This document shows, one piece after another, positions 1 through 9,037 of a stretch of 64,000 nucleotides of DNA. Under the pieces are notes generated by a model that saw only the letters and a program-made list of their open reading frames with translations, was not told the origin of the DNA and did not search any database. The DNA is taken from the IMG/VR virus record IMGVR_UViG_3300042367_000228, positions 248,001-312,000 of that record. One strand, given 5' to 3'. Each line of letters starts with the position of its first letter. Within the stretch, counting starts at the first letter, position 1. A program made the position numbers and the translations under genes.

Positions 1-435
1 TTCATTTCCTATTACACTAACACCTGGGCGAAATGCAATAGTATCTAATTTTACAGGTTCGTTAGTTGCGGTCTGCGGTAGTACAACAGGAGAAATTGAA
101 ATAACGTTAGCTAAGTCTGCATCTCTTTTAAATCTATCTGCATCTGGCATAAAGATATTAAACACTACTAATCCTGCACCTCTAGCATATAAGTCTTCAA
201 TTATCTGTGCGTATATGTCGCGAGAGAACGGAAATTGCCCATACTTCTCTAATGCAGCATCGTCAATGTTTACTGTAGTAACTGATGAGTCTTGTATTGG
301 TTTACTTGTAATTAATGTATCAAAGTATCTTAGTCGCATACTTTCTACAAATGACGGATCTGCTATACGTACACCCGCTACTAACATAACTGTTAGTAGC
401 GCAGTCCAGGGGTTTAATAATATTTTTTTAATCAT
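1..435 (-). CDS. CHASE2-domain membrane protein, probably an adenylate/guanylate cyclase (5' part; runs off the window)
   Basis: Not in ORF track. Manual translation from ATG 435: MIKKILLNPWTALLTVMLVAGVRIADPSFVESMRLRYFD...VNIDDAALEKYGQFPFSRDIYAQII..., an N-terminal TM helix plus the CHASE2 'v.IDe.sl...GqwPwpR..ya.li' pattern. The cyclase domain is inferred, not visible. Confidence 0.8.
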   Translation of the reverse strand, partial: MIKKILLNPWTALLTVMLVAGVRIADPSFVESMRLRYFDTLITSKPIQDSSVTTVNIDDAALEKYGQFPFSRDIYAQIIEDLYARGAGLVVFNIFMPDADRFKRDADLANVISISPVVLPQTATNEPVKLDTIAFRPGVSVIGNE

Positions 436-1436
436 TTTATTTTTGGCACCAAGTTGTCTTTAAATATTTCCCAACAATTTTCCCAAGTCCATCTAAATGA
501 ACTTATATATACACGGTGTCTATCAAGTTTTAAACATTCTTCAATTGCTGTTTCTAAGTTAGTATCCATAATACCATTACGACCTTGTTCTATAATATCA
601 ATAGGACCTGGCACTGGATATGCAGCAACTGGACAACCTAACGACATTGCTTCAATTATTACAATACCAAACGTATCAGCTGCACTTGGAAAAACAAATA
701 CATCAGCATTAACATAATAATCAGCTAACTCTGATCCTGACTTGTATCCTACAAATTCTACTAATGGATATTTCTTTTCTAATCGTTTACGATAAGGACC
801 ATCTCCTACAATTTGCACATGATACTTTTCGTTTTTAGATAATACACATAGATCATCTAATGATTTTTCTTTAGACACTCTGCCTACATATAGCAAAACA
901 GTTTTGTCTGAATCTGCTTTGTGTGCAGTTGGTTGTAGTAATTCTCTATCAACACCGCGTGTCCATGGTATAACATTTGGTCTAAACTTATGTTCTTTAA
1001 GTTCTTCAACCATTGTTTGTGTAGTAGTTAATACTACAGTTGAATCTTTATGAAACCAACGCACGTATGCGTATGTAATCCATTTTGGTATTCCGTATAT
1101 TTTTTTAATAAACTCGGGAAACTTTGTATGATAGGACGTATTATAGTTAAACTTACGGTTGCGACAATATCCACGAGCTGCTAGCCCAATTGGCCCTTCT
1201 GTGCAAATATGAATATAATCTGGATTGATCCTGTCAATCATTTTTCTAATACCAGAGGTACGGCTAAGTTTTACTTCTGGATATTTTGGAGCATCTATAT
1301 AACGGAAATGACTAGGGTTTATAATTTCTATTTCATATCCGTTTAATTCTGCTTGTTTTTTTATATTAGTGAACGTAGTCACTACGCCGTTAACTTGATC
1401 AAACAAGTTGTCGGAAACTATTAAAATTTTTTTCAT
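432..1436 (-). CDS. GT4 (GT-B) family glycosyltransferase
   Basis: QVNGVVTT, YHTKFPEF, LLYVGRVSKEK and DTFGIVIIEAMSLGCPV motifs. Confidence 0.9.
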   Translation of the reverse strand: MKKILIVSDNLFDQVNGVVTTFTNIKKQAELNGYEIEIINPSHFRYIDAPKYPEVKLSRTSGIRKMIDRINPDYIHICTEGPIGLAARGYCRNRKFNYNTSYHTKFPEFIKKIYGIPKWITYAYVRWFHKDSTVVLTTTQTMVEELKEHKFRPNVIPWTRGVDRELLQPTAHKADSDKTVLLYVGRVSKEKSLDDLCVLSKNEKYHVQIVGDGPYRKRLEKKYPLVEFVGYKSGSELADYYVNADVFVFPSAADTFGIVIIEAMSLGCPVAAYPVPGPIDIIEQGRNGIMDTNLETAIEECLKLDRHRVYISSFRWTWENCWEIFKDNLVPKIK

Positions 1437-2035
1437 TTGATTACCTTACAATTTTCAAAGTGCCAACGTTTCATAGAACTGTTTACTCCTGTTGTGTTGC
1501 AATGCGGGCAAGAGATATGTTGTCTATTTTGTTGAGAAGCAGACATTTTAGCTCTAGTTTCTATTGAGTGCGGTTTACCTGTATTATGTGCAGGTTTACC
1601 TGTTTTAATGCCTTTATTCCAAGCAGGCTTAGTTGCTTTGATTCCTTTATTTGGACCAGGTTTACCTTTCTTTGAATCACGTATTTTAGATTTAGTTTCT
1701 TCTGTACACGGTTTTCCTTGAACTGCTCCACTAATACCGTTTTCAGGTATTAAGTTAGCCCACTCTTTAGATTCTACTATATTATTTTCTTTTGAAAAGG
1801 TTAATGCAAATTCAGTTAACATAGTTTTATTTGTATATGGATCTGAAACCCAAATAGTTTCTACAAATTCCCTTCCGTGTGCAGTAATATGATTTTTCCA
1901 ATGTTTTCCTGATCCTAAATATCTTTTAGGATCTTGAGAAGTAGTTTTGCCGAAATATTTTAAACCTGTTACTGAATGTTGTTTGATATACAGATAAGTT
2001 GGTTTTATATCTATATAAATAATTGTGCTGGGCAT
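1433..2035 (-). CDS. Free-standing GIY-YIG homing endonuclease with NUMOD3 repeats and C-terminal CPHC zinc finger
   Basis: YLYIKQH...KYFGKT...YLGSG; NUMOD3-like TEETKSKIR and HSIETRAKMS; CPHC...MKRWHFENCK. Start moved to ATG 2035 because SD AAGGAG precedes it. Confidence 0.8.
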   Translation of the reverse strand: MPSTIIYIDIKPTYLYIKQHSVTGLKYFGKTTSQDPKRYLGSGKHWKNHITAHGREFVETIWVSDPYTNKTMLTEFALTFSKENNIVESKEWANLIPENGISGAVQGKPCTEETKSKIRDSKKGKPGPNKGIKATKPAWNKGIKTGKPAHNTGKPHSIETRAKMSASQQNRQHISCPHCNTTGVNSSMKRWHFENCKVIK

Positions 2036-2115
2036 TAGTGTCTCCTTAGATAACATATATAATGTTTAGTGCTAGTGGATGATAGTGCATCGCGACTAGC
2101 TTTTTTTATTTAGTA
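2036..2115 (-). promoter_or_regulatory. Late promoter plus structured 5' leader of the homing endonuclease
   Basis: CTAAATA, A-run, then hairpin GCTAGT-CGC-GATG...CATC-C-ACTAGC; same architecture as 41696-41765. Confidence 0.6.
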
Positions 2116-2123
2116 AATTGTTA

Positions 2124-2294
2124 TTATGATTTTGTACACTCGGCAGTAACTTTAAACCAATCAAATTTTACTGTATATGTTAGTGATGATGCTACATGCA
2201 CACACTCTTGTTCTGTAGGAAAAAACAATTTCATTCTTCCAGGCACGTCTGTTGGATCGTGTATGTTAACTACTAGCATTATTAATGTCCACAT
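2124..2294 (-). CDS. Small hypothetical protein (56 aa)
   Basis: MWTLIMLVVNIHDPTDVPGRMKLFFPTEQECVHVASSLTYTVKFDWFKVTAECTKS*; below ORF-track cutoff. Confidence 0.6.
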   Translation of the reverse strand: MWTLIMLVVNIHDPTDVPGRMKLFFPTEQECVHVASSLTYTVKFDWFKVTAECTKS

Positions 2295-3051
2295 TACTTT
2301 TTATCTCCGTCCAGTATATAATTTCCCATTCACCTGTGTGGTGTTCAACTAATGCTGACATAGATTCAACCCAGTCACCATCATTCATTAGTATAATGCT
2401 GTTAATCTCTTTAATAAGTGGTGTATGTGTATGTCCACATATTACACCGTCATAGTTTCTTTTTTTACAGTAGTCAGTTAAGTTAATCTCAAACTGAAAG
2501 ATAAAATCTACAGCCTTCTTAACTTTATGTTTTAGGTATTTACTTAAACTCCAGTATCCGAACCCTAACTTGTGACGCACCCAATTAAAATGATTGTTAA
2601 GTCCTAAGATAAAGTCGTAGCCTTTATCACCTAAGAAACCTAACCATGGTGCTAATCTAGTTATACCGTCAAACAAGTCGCCGTGTGTAACTAAGTAACG
2701 CTTTCCATCTACGCCAATATGATCACACTGATTAACAATAGATATCTTTCCAAATGATATTCCTAATCGTAGCATAGGTCTTAAAAATTCATCATGATTA
2801 CCTGCTATGTAGATAACTTGAGTGTGTTGTCTTGAAATTTTTAAAAATCTACGTATGATATCAGTATGGCTTTGTTTCCATCTTAGTTTATTTTGCTGAA
2901 CTTTCCAACCATCTATAATGTCACCTACTAAGTATAGTGTTTCGCAAGTGTTATGTTTAAGGAAGTCGTTAAGTTGTTCTGCTTTACAATCTCGAGTACC
3001 TAAGTGTATATCCGAGATAAAGATTGATTTATAAGTTTTAAGTTTTTTCAT
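2266..3051 (-). CDS. Calcineurin-like metallophosphoesterase (LpxH/UDP-2,3-diacylglucosamine diphosphatase-like)
   Basis: SDIHLG, GDIID, GNHD, HGD, GHTH and NDGDWVES motifs; commonly paired with a GT4 gene. Confidence 0.9.
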   Translation of the reverse strand: MKKLKTYKSIFISDIHLGTRDCKAEQLNDFLKHNTCETLYLVGDIIDGWKVQQNKLRWKQSHTDIIRRFLKISRQHTQVIYIAGNHDEFLRPMLRLGISFGKISIVNQCDHIGVDGKRYLVTHGDLFDGITRLAPWLGFLGDKGYDFILGLNNHFNWVRHKLGFGYWSLSKYLKHKVKKAVDFIFQFEINLTDYCKKRNYDGVICGHTHTPLIKEINSIILMNDGDWVESMSALVEHHTGEWEIIYWTEIKSNVDINNASS

Positions 3052-3052
3052 A

Positions 3053-3370
3053 TTATTTTTGATGACTCTCTAATGCAGAAATACGCCATTCTAAAACTTT
3101 AACTGAACTTTTATTGTCTGCAGAACGTTCAATGTTTTCAGTTTGCAAGGTTAATAAATCTTGACGTAGTTTTTCACGAGCTAGATCTAATCTGTTATTC
3201 ATTTAGTGTAATGCATCAGCAGTAACTATAGTTTGATTTTTTGCCTCTAACATAGTAATGCGTTCATTAGCACTGGACAATGAGTTAATTAAATACACTA
3301 TACACGAGAATAAGATTGGTATTAGTGCAAACATTATCTTTTCAATAAGTGCGCCTCTTGAAGTTTCCAT
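3053..3370 (-). pseudogene. TM/coiled-coil protein interrupted by an in-frame TAA
   Basis: One frame from ATG 3370 to TAA 3053 with a single internal TAA at 3203-3205 (..DALH*MNNRLDLAREKLRQD..). Confidence 0.55.
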
Positions 3371-3379
3371 ATTAATTCC

Positions 3380-3703
3380 TTATTTACATTTTAATTTCCT
3401 AATAGCCTTAACTAAAAGTTTTTTTTCTTTCCAGCAACTTAATATTGGCTCGTCTATTCCACAGTGTATAAAATATGCACCGGGACTATCCTTCCATCGT
3501 TCTGTACTAGACCAATATTCGTCTTTTAAAAATTCAGTTGGATATTCTACCGAAAGTTGACCTAAATCGTATATATTTGGCAATTGCCAATCTGTATGCC
3601 CGTATGTTGTTAGACTCTCACAATATTTGATTGCTGCATACCAGCTTAATCTTACTTCTGTTTCTTTTGGTGCAAGTATTAAATGCATTGTTCGCTCCTT
3701 CAA
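3380..3703 (-). CDS. DUF1566 (Lcl C-terminal-like) protein
   Basis: LSWYAAIKYC...DWQLPNIYDL...YWSSTE pattern. Confidence 0.7.
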   Translation of the reverse strand: MKERTMHLILAPKETEVRLSWYAAIKYCESLTTYGHTDWQLPNIYDLGQLSVEYPTEFLKDEYWSSTERWKDSPGAYFIHCGIDEPILSCWKEKKLLVKAIRKLKCK

Positions 3704-3709
3704 TAAAAA

Positions 3710-4867
3710 TTATTGCCCTTGTTGAACTTGAATTGGTGCGCATCCTCCGGCTGTAGCACAATTAAAGTTTATTGAGTAGTACTGTTGAGTAGCACCACTC
3801 TGTTGTAGACTTAAGTCTACTGGTTGTCCTGATAAGGTAATATCAGTTATATGATTTGCTGCACCTTGTTGTAATACATCAACATGTTTATTACCACCAG
3901 ATAATTCAATATTAGCATAATAATTTCCACTACCCTTTTGTTGTAAAATTAAACTGTTGTTATTATCAGTTATATTTATAAAAGCACCTTTACTAAACCC
4001 GGCAGTATATGTATCTTGATCTATACTAAGCAAATTAGAATTGCCATTTACTGTTAAGTCAATAAAGTTTACTTGTAAGTTATTGGCTGCAGTTTGATTA
4101 ATAGTAGTAGTGTTAGACGAGCCATTACTGCTGTAATTTACATAATTGTTGTTAGTACCTTTTTGATCAATTGTAATCTTGTTATTGTTTCCTAACTGAT
4201 CTATATATACTTGATTGTCAGTAGTTGATCTAGATGTAAAAGCCGTTACTTTTGCAGTATTAGCAGGAGCGGCATTAAATGAAGATCCACTGCCACCGCA
4301 GCAATATACACTTGGAAACGTAGTCCATGGTAACGTACTTCCTAAGTCAATGCTAGTAGTAGGATCATTTTGATCGTACAAGAATGTTATTTCTGCAATT
4401 TGCATAGAGTTAGCAGCACCTGCGTCTTTAACAATTGGAAACGTTATATTATAATACACGTATGCTTCTGTATTGTTAATAGGGTATACTGGACTAACTG
4501 CAAGTCTATTATTAGGTAATGCAATAAGTTGAGAAGTTATTAACGTCCAACCTCCTGATGTATCATTACTTCCAAATAAACTAAAACTAGCAGGATCTCG
4601 TTCTGGAGAATCATTTGCTGTAGTAAATTGTACTTGACTAATAACTTTACCTTGTGACAGTTTAAGCATAACACCTGCATTAAGTTTATCAAAGTTAAGA
4701 TACTTAGTTCCGGGATTACCGTCAAACGCATTACTAAAGAACTCACCACCTGGACTATTCATACTTGATGGAATATATCCTAACATTAATGGTCTAAGTG
4801 GTACATAGTTAGGAACAGCATCTACATTTGAATACCATAACAACAATATGAAAAATAAAATTCTCAT
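3710..4867 (-). CDS. Secreted protein: galactose-binding/F5-8-like domain plus curlin-like repeats
   Basis: Signal peptide; AFDGNPGTKY...TANDSPERDP...GSND domain; C-terminal repeats of the I-x-Q-x-G-x-x-N type. Confidence 0.7.
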   Translation of the reverse strand: MRILFFILLLWYSNVDAVPNYVPLRPLMLGYIPSSMNSPGGEFFSNAFDGNPGTKYLNFDKLNAGVMLKLSQGKVISQVQFTTANDSPERDPASFSLFGSNDTSGGWTLITSQLIALPNNRLAVSPVYPINNTEAYVYYNITFPIVKDAGAANSMQIAEITFLYDQNDPTTSIDLGSTLPWTTFPSVYCCGGSGSSFNAAPANTAKVTAFTSRSTTDNQVYIDQLGNNNKITIDQKGTNNNYVNYSSNGSSNTTTINQTAANNLQVNFIDLTVNGNSNLLSIDQDTYTAGFSKGAFINITDNNNSLILQQKGSGNYYANIELSGGNKHVDVLQQGAANHITDITLSGQPVDLSLQQSGATQQYYSINFNCATAGGCAPIQVQQGQ

Positions 4868-5949
4868 CGTCTTAACACTCCAGTAGTTTGTGTAATACTT
4901 ATTGTATTACCGCCACTGCTGTCGCCTATTATTGTAGATGCAGCAGTATCATTTTGAATAATAGATATAGCAGTATTAGAAGTATACCCTTGTGTTTTTA
5001 TTTCAGCATAGTGTTCATCTGGGGTTATACGATATGCAGTACCTTTACCTTTTTGTGTACCGTCTGCATTAGGTTGTTCCCACATTACACATACATGCGA
5101 TGTTGGGTCGCAAGGTGCAATAGATTGTATAGTTTCTGCAATCTGTTCTATTCTAGCAGCAATAGTTTCTTGAGTTTTAGCTACTTGATTTGCTAATCGT
5201 CTAGTTGCTTCTTTTTCTAAATCTTCTTGTTCTTCATCTTTCTTTGTTCTAGCTGCTTGTTTAATTGCGTTAACAATTTCTTTTGGCGCAGAAATGATTA
5301 AGTTATTATTGATTTTAGATTCTACCAAACTAATAACTTCCGGAGCAGTTGGCATTGCAGTTCTACTACTAACATAAGTTGCATGAAACGCTTGATCTAA
5401 AGTAACTTCCCCTGCATCATTTGTAACTACAATTTTACCTACTTTACAAATATTCTCTTGTAGTTCGTATTGTTTAACATCTTTTTCATCTTTACAACTT
5501 GGAAGTAGTACAATAAGAGATTGACCAGTTTCATCTACTGTCATAGTAAAGTCAGTACCACGTACTGCAATTGTAGCAGTGGGAGTTTGTATACCTACTT
5601 GCTGTGGATTAGCTTTTGCTATTTGACCACTTGCGTATCTAACAGTACCTAATCCAACTTTTAATGCAAGTTTACCTGCATCTGATTGTTTTGGATCGTA
5701 TACAAAGTCATCTATTACTAATCTACTATTCTCTGTAATTTTAACTTTTGTTTCATCTTTAAATAAAATGTTACTAACACACCCGCCGGTAATGTATGCA
5801 TCCATACTTTCTATAGATGCGCCTTTATCACCTGCAAGTTTTTCTTTGTTACGTTCAATGCTGCATGCAGTGCCTTTAGCGTCTGAAACTGCACCAATTC
5901 CTGCATAAGCATTATTAACAACTAATAATAAAAAAACTAAGAACCACAT
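4864..5949 (-). CDS. FecR-domain protein
   Basis: Signal peptide; F.DETKVKITENSRLVID, GTVRYASG and IQTPTATIAVRGTDF are FecR-domain signatures. Confidence 0.85.
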   Translation of the reverse strand: MWFLVFLLLVVNNAYAGIGAVSDAKGTACSIERNKEKLAGDKGASIESMDAYITGGCVSNILFKDETKVKITENSRLVIDDFVYDPKQSDAGKLALKVGLGTVRYASGQIAKANPQQVGIQTPTATIAVRGTDFTMTVDETGQSLIVLLPSCKDEKDVKQYELQENICKVGKIVVTNDAGEVTLDQAFHATYVSSRTAMPTAPEVISLVESKINNNLIISAPKEIVNAIKQAARTKKDEEQEDLEKEATRRLANQVAKTQETIAARIEQIAETIQSIAPCDPTSHVCVMWEQPNADGTQKGKGTAYRITPDEHYAEIKTQGYTSNTAISIIQNDTAASTIIGDSSGGNTISITQTTGVLRR

Positions 5950-5950
5950 A

Positions 5951-6718
5951 TTACCTCGAAACGGCTGTATTTGAATTTACAATACTGCTTGAATTAGTTG
6001 ACCTTACAGTAATTGTATTATGATCTCCAATTGTACTAATATCTATCATAGAATCGTTAGTACCTTGCTGCTGTGTTACAACAGAGTTGTAACTCCCAGT
6101 AAAATCTTGTACTAGATGATGCCCGATACCTCCATCGTCTTGTTCGTTAATGAAACTGTTAAACCCGCCACTTACTGTTGTATCTACTACACCGTTAGTG
6201 CTATTTAATCGTGTTGTAACTTCATTGTTACTGCCATTAATATCAATTGTACTATGTATGCTACCTTTAGTTAAACTTTGTATAACATAGTTTAAATCAC
6301 CAGTAATTGTTTCAGTAACAACATTAGCATTTACTGGAGTACCAAGTCCAATGTTAAGTAACGTTTGATTTTGATTACCTTTAATGATACTAGAATATAT
6401 ATTATTTGCTCCGCTAATATTATATTGTGCCCAGTTAGTATCTCCAGTGTGCGACAATGTTACTTGGTTAGAATTACCCGTAATAGTCGCATAATTTGAT
6501 GAGCTTGCAGCAGCTGGTACAAAAGCTGTAATAGTGTTACTGGAACTATATAACAAAGGATTGTTAAGAGTTGTACCACTAACGTTATTAGCTCCGCCAA
6601 TCTGATCAATAACGATTGTATTTGCATTTCCGACTTGTTCAATGTATACATTGTTTACTCCTGTACTTGCTGCAAACACTGGACTACTTATTAGTAGTAG
6701 TAGTATTAGTTGTTTCAT
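5951..6718 (-). CDS. Curlin-like repeat protein (CsgA/CsgB-like)
   Basis: Signal peptide; N/Q/G/S-rich repeats (VYIEQVGNANTIVIDQIG, TGSYNSVVTQQQGTN); directly downstream of csgG. Confidence 0.65.
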   Translation of the reverse strand: MKQLILLLLISSPVFAASTGVNNVYIEQVGNANTIVIDQIGGANNVSGTTLNNPLLYSSSNTITAFVPAAASSSNYATITGNSNQVTLSHTGDTNWAQYNISGANNIYSSIIKGNQNQTLLNIGLGTPVNANVVTETITGDLNYVIQSLTKGSIHSTIDINGSNNEVTTRLNSTNGVVDTTVSGGFNSFINEQDDGGIGHHLVQDFTGSYNSVVTQQQGTNDSMIDISTIGDHNTITVRSTNSSSIVNSNTAVSR

Positions 6719-7538
6719 TTTTTAGCTCCTGTGGCGCTTCTTTAAAAGCCCAATGACCTTTCTTAGCACCTTCTTTAATAGTTTCGACCACAGCGGCTTG
6801 AATAGCTTTGTTAGTCGCTTTGTTAATACTTTCATTTATACTTCCGCCCACTTCTGTTTCTAATGCTTTAGTATCTGAAGAGAACATTCTTAATACACCG
6901 ACTTTATCCATATAACTTAGTACGGTTTTAGTTACTACAACTGATGTTAGAATTTCACCAGATGTTACTGATACAATTCTTAAACTTACTGTAACAGTAT
7001 CGCTTTGATATTGAGTTTCACCACCTATGCCAAATATCCTTACACCTGCTCCGCCTGTGATTGTATTTGAATCGTAGCCAACAACTGCGCCTTCTGCAAT
7101 AATTCCAGCAAATGTCATAGCTGGTAATGAAGTAGCATCTTTGCCTTGGAACTGTTCGCGTGTTTGGCGAATCATTTGACGCTCTTTAACTAGGTTGTCT
7201 AAGCCAACGCGTTCTAGTACTACAAACCAACGACTATCACCGACTTCTTTTAATGACTTGATTAAATAGTTTTCAGCACCTTGAGTAATTGCAGAACTTA
7301 AACTAGCAATGTTTGGTATTGATTTGCGTTGTCCAGTTTTATCCGTAAAACCGTATACTGCAATTGGAATAGGTCCACCTTGCGGCGGAGCTAAATAATT
7401 TTCTTCTTTTTTTAAATACGGTGTATTGTCAACGATTGGATCGTCAAACTGTTCACCTGTTATAAGTTTTTCAATTGAACTACTTGCTGCACATCCTTGT
7501 AGTAGTAGAATAATTGCTAATAATAGTAATTTTTTCAT
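6684..7538 (-). CDS. csgG: Curli secretion channel lipoprotein CsgG
   Basis: Lipobox LQGC; IAVYGFTDKTGQRK, SAITQGAENYLI, WFVVLERVGLDNLVKERQMIR, EGAVVGYDSN. Confidence 0.92.
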   Translation of the reverse strand: MKKLLLLAIILLLQGCAASSSIEKLITGEQFDDPIVDNTPYLKKEENYLAPPQGGPIPIAVYGFTDKTGQRKSIPNIASLSSAITQGAENYLIKSLKEVGDSRWFVVLERVGLDNLVKERQMIRQTREQFQGKDATSLPAMTFAGIIAEGAVVGYDSNTITGGAGVRIFGIGGETQYQSDTVTVSLRIVSVTSGEILTSVVVTKTVLSYMDKVGVLRMFSSDTKALETEVGGSINESINKATNKAIQAAVVETIKEGAKKGHWAFKEAPQELKNETTNTTTTNK

Positions 7539-7545
7539 AGTTACC

Positions 7546-8022
7546 TCAAAAATAGAAAGTACCGGCCGGTACTTTCATTGTTGTTGTTTGATTTGGATTA
7601 CTATTACTTGTAATATTGATAATAATTAGTCCATTATCTGTACCTGATCCTAATCCCCATGTAACCGTGTTTCCACCTAAGTCTGGAATATTTCCACAAG
7701 TTGCACCTGGGATAGTACATGTAGACCCTTCGGCAAACATGCTATCAGTAAGTTGTTTTGCTAGTTGTGAATAGATCCTTGATTCTAAGTTTGCTAAGAA
7801 TTTAGCCGCTGGCGTATTAGCTGCTGCTGATGCTGCTTTAGCTGCTAATGAATCTGCAAGTGATTTGTTTTTTTCAACACCTTGTTGTTCTAACTGTTGG
7901 ATAGTTAGAATGTGATTGCTATACCCAATTCCGCTAAATGATGGACTATTAAATGAGTGTTGGAGTTCAGCAGAAAATGCTGATGATGATACTAGTAGTA
8001 ATAATACTAAGATTTTGTTCAC
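7546..8022 (-). CDS. csgF: Curli assembly protein CsgF
   Basis: Signal peptide then ELQHSFNSPSFSG (CsgF N-terminal F.NPsFgG motif), F..NLESRIYSQLAKQL; adjacent to csgG. Confidence 0.85.
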   Translation of the reverse strand: MNKILVLLLLVSSSAFSAELQHSFNSPSFSGIGYSNHILTIQQLEQQGVEKNKSLADSLAAKAASAAANTPAAKFLANLESRIYSQLAKQLTDSMFAEGSTCTIPGATCGNIPDLGGNTVTWGLGSGTDNGLIIINITSNSNPNQTTTMKVPAGTFYF

Positions 8023-8129
8023 TTCTCTCTCTCTCCTTGATAAAGTTACTAACGTATTTACCTACAAAAAGAGTAAAAATAAAGCCAGCAGAAATAATGA
8101 TAAATATAGAATATGATTAAGGATACAAC

Positions 8130-8921
8130 ATGAGAATTTCTGAATTACTTGAAAATGATGGACAATTAGGACTTCCGTTTCAAGATGAACCTACAGATTT
8201 ACAACCAAGAGTAAAACAAAAACGTGTTAAAAAAGACTACGGTCAGACACCTGAAAGACCAGAATTAAGATTTAGTTTAGAAGATCATCCAGAATTAAAA
8301 GCTGCAGCTCAAGCTGTTAAAGCTGGAAAGATGTCTAGAGCAGAATATACAGCATTAGTAAAAAAATATAAACCAGTAAGACCGTATGATTATGTTCCTA
8401 CACCTGCAAGTGAAAAAGATATGAATCGCGGGTTAGATGCTGATAAACGTCATAAGATTAATTCACATATTGCAGACGGTGATGTGGTGCAATTACGATT
8501 AGACATCCCTGCGTATAATCATAAAAATGTGTGGGTTCCAACTATTCACAATAAAGCTGGAATTGCTATTTCTCATAGAGGAGCAGCAGTTATTAATAAT
8601 GTAACCATTAAGTTACCGCAAAAAGGTTCAATGAACATTGCAACAGGCGAAACTAGTAAAGTTCCAATTGCTACTCTAAAAGGTTTTTGGGAAGAAGTAT
8701 CGCCTGAAGATGCAAAGACAGAAGCAATGGCTGCGTTACATGATAAGAATTGGGCTCAGGTAGGTATGGATCCTAAACGACATGCATTCTTCTATGATAG
8801 AAAAACTGAAAGACCTATTATTGGTGGATCACGTGCTGTACAAGTAGGACCGTTAGTGTTAATTAAAGATCCTATCTATGACGATGATGGTGAATATATT
8901 TACGAACGAAATAAAAGATAA
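8130..8921 (+). CDS. Hypothetical late protein with N-terminal MRISELLE tag
   Basis: 263-aa ORF; TAAATA at 8101-8106 and AAGGA SD. Confidence 0.75.
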   Translation: MRISELLENDGQLGLPFQDEPTDLQPRVKQKRVKKDYGQTPERPELRFSLEDHPELKAAAQAVKAGKMSRAEYTALVKKYKPVRPYDYVPTPASEKDMNRGLDADKRHKINSHIADGDVVQLRLDIPAYNHKNVWVPTIHNKAGIAISHRGAAVINNVTIKLPQKGSMNIATGETSKVPIATLKGFWEEVSPEDAKTEAMAALHDKNWAQVGMDPKRHAFFYDRKTERPIIGGSRAVQVGPLVLIKDPIYDDDGEYIYERNKR

Positions 8922-8929
8922 ATAACTTT

Positions 8930-9035
8930 AACAACTTAGGACCGTCACAGTTATCTGTGCCTAAGGCGTCAAGGTTGCCCTACCTAACAGTTTGAGATTC
9001 GCTACCTCTTACAACTGTAAACAGGGCTTTTTTTT
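8930..9035 (+). ncRNA. Candidate structured small RNA
   Basis: TAAATA at 8919-8924; stems CTTAGG/CCTAAG, CACAG/CTGTG, AGGT/ACCT, ACAGTT/AACTGT, GCCCT/AGGGC; ends in T8; no ORF. Confidence 0.5.
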
Positions 9036-9037
9036 GA

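Noticed and set aside
3380-3703. Diversity-generating retroelement (DUF1566 and Mtd-like domains present)
   Set aside because: No reverse transcriptase and no TR/VR pair differing at adenines seen in the window.
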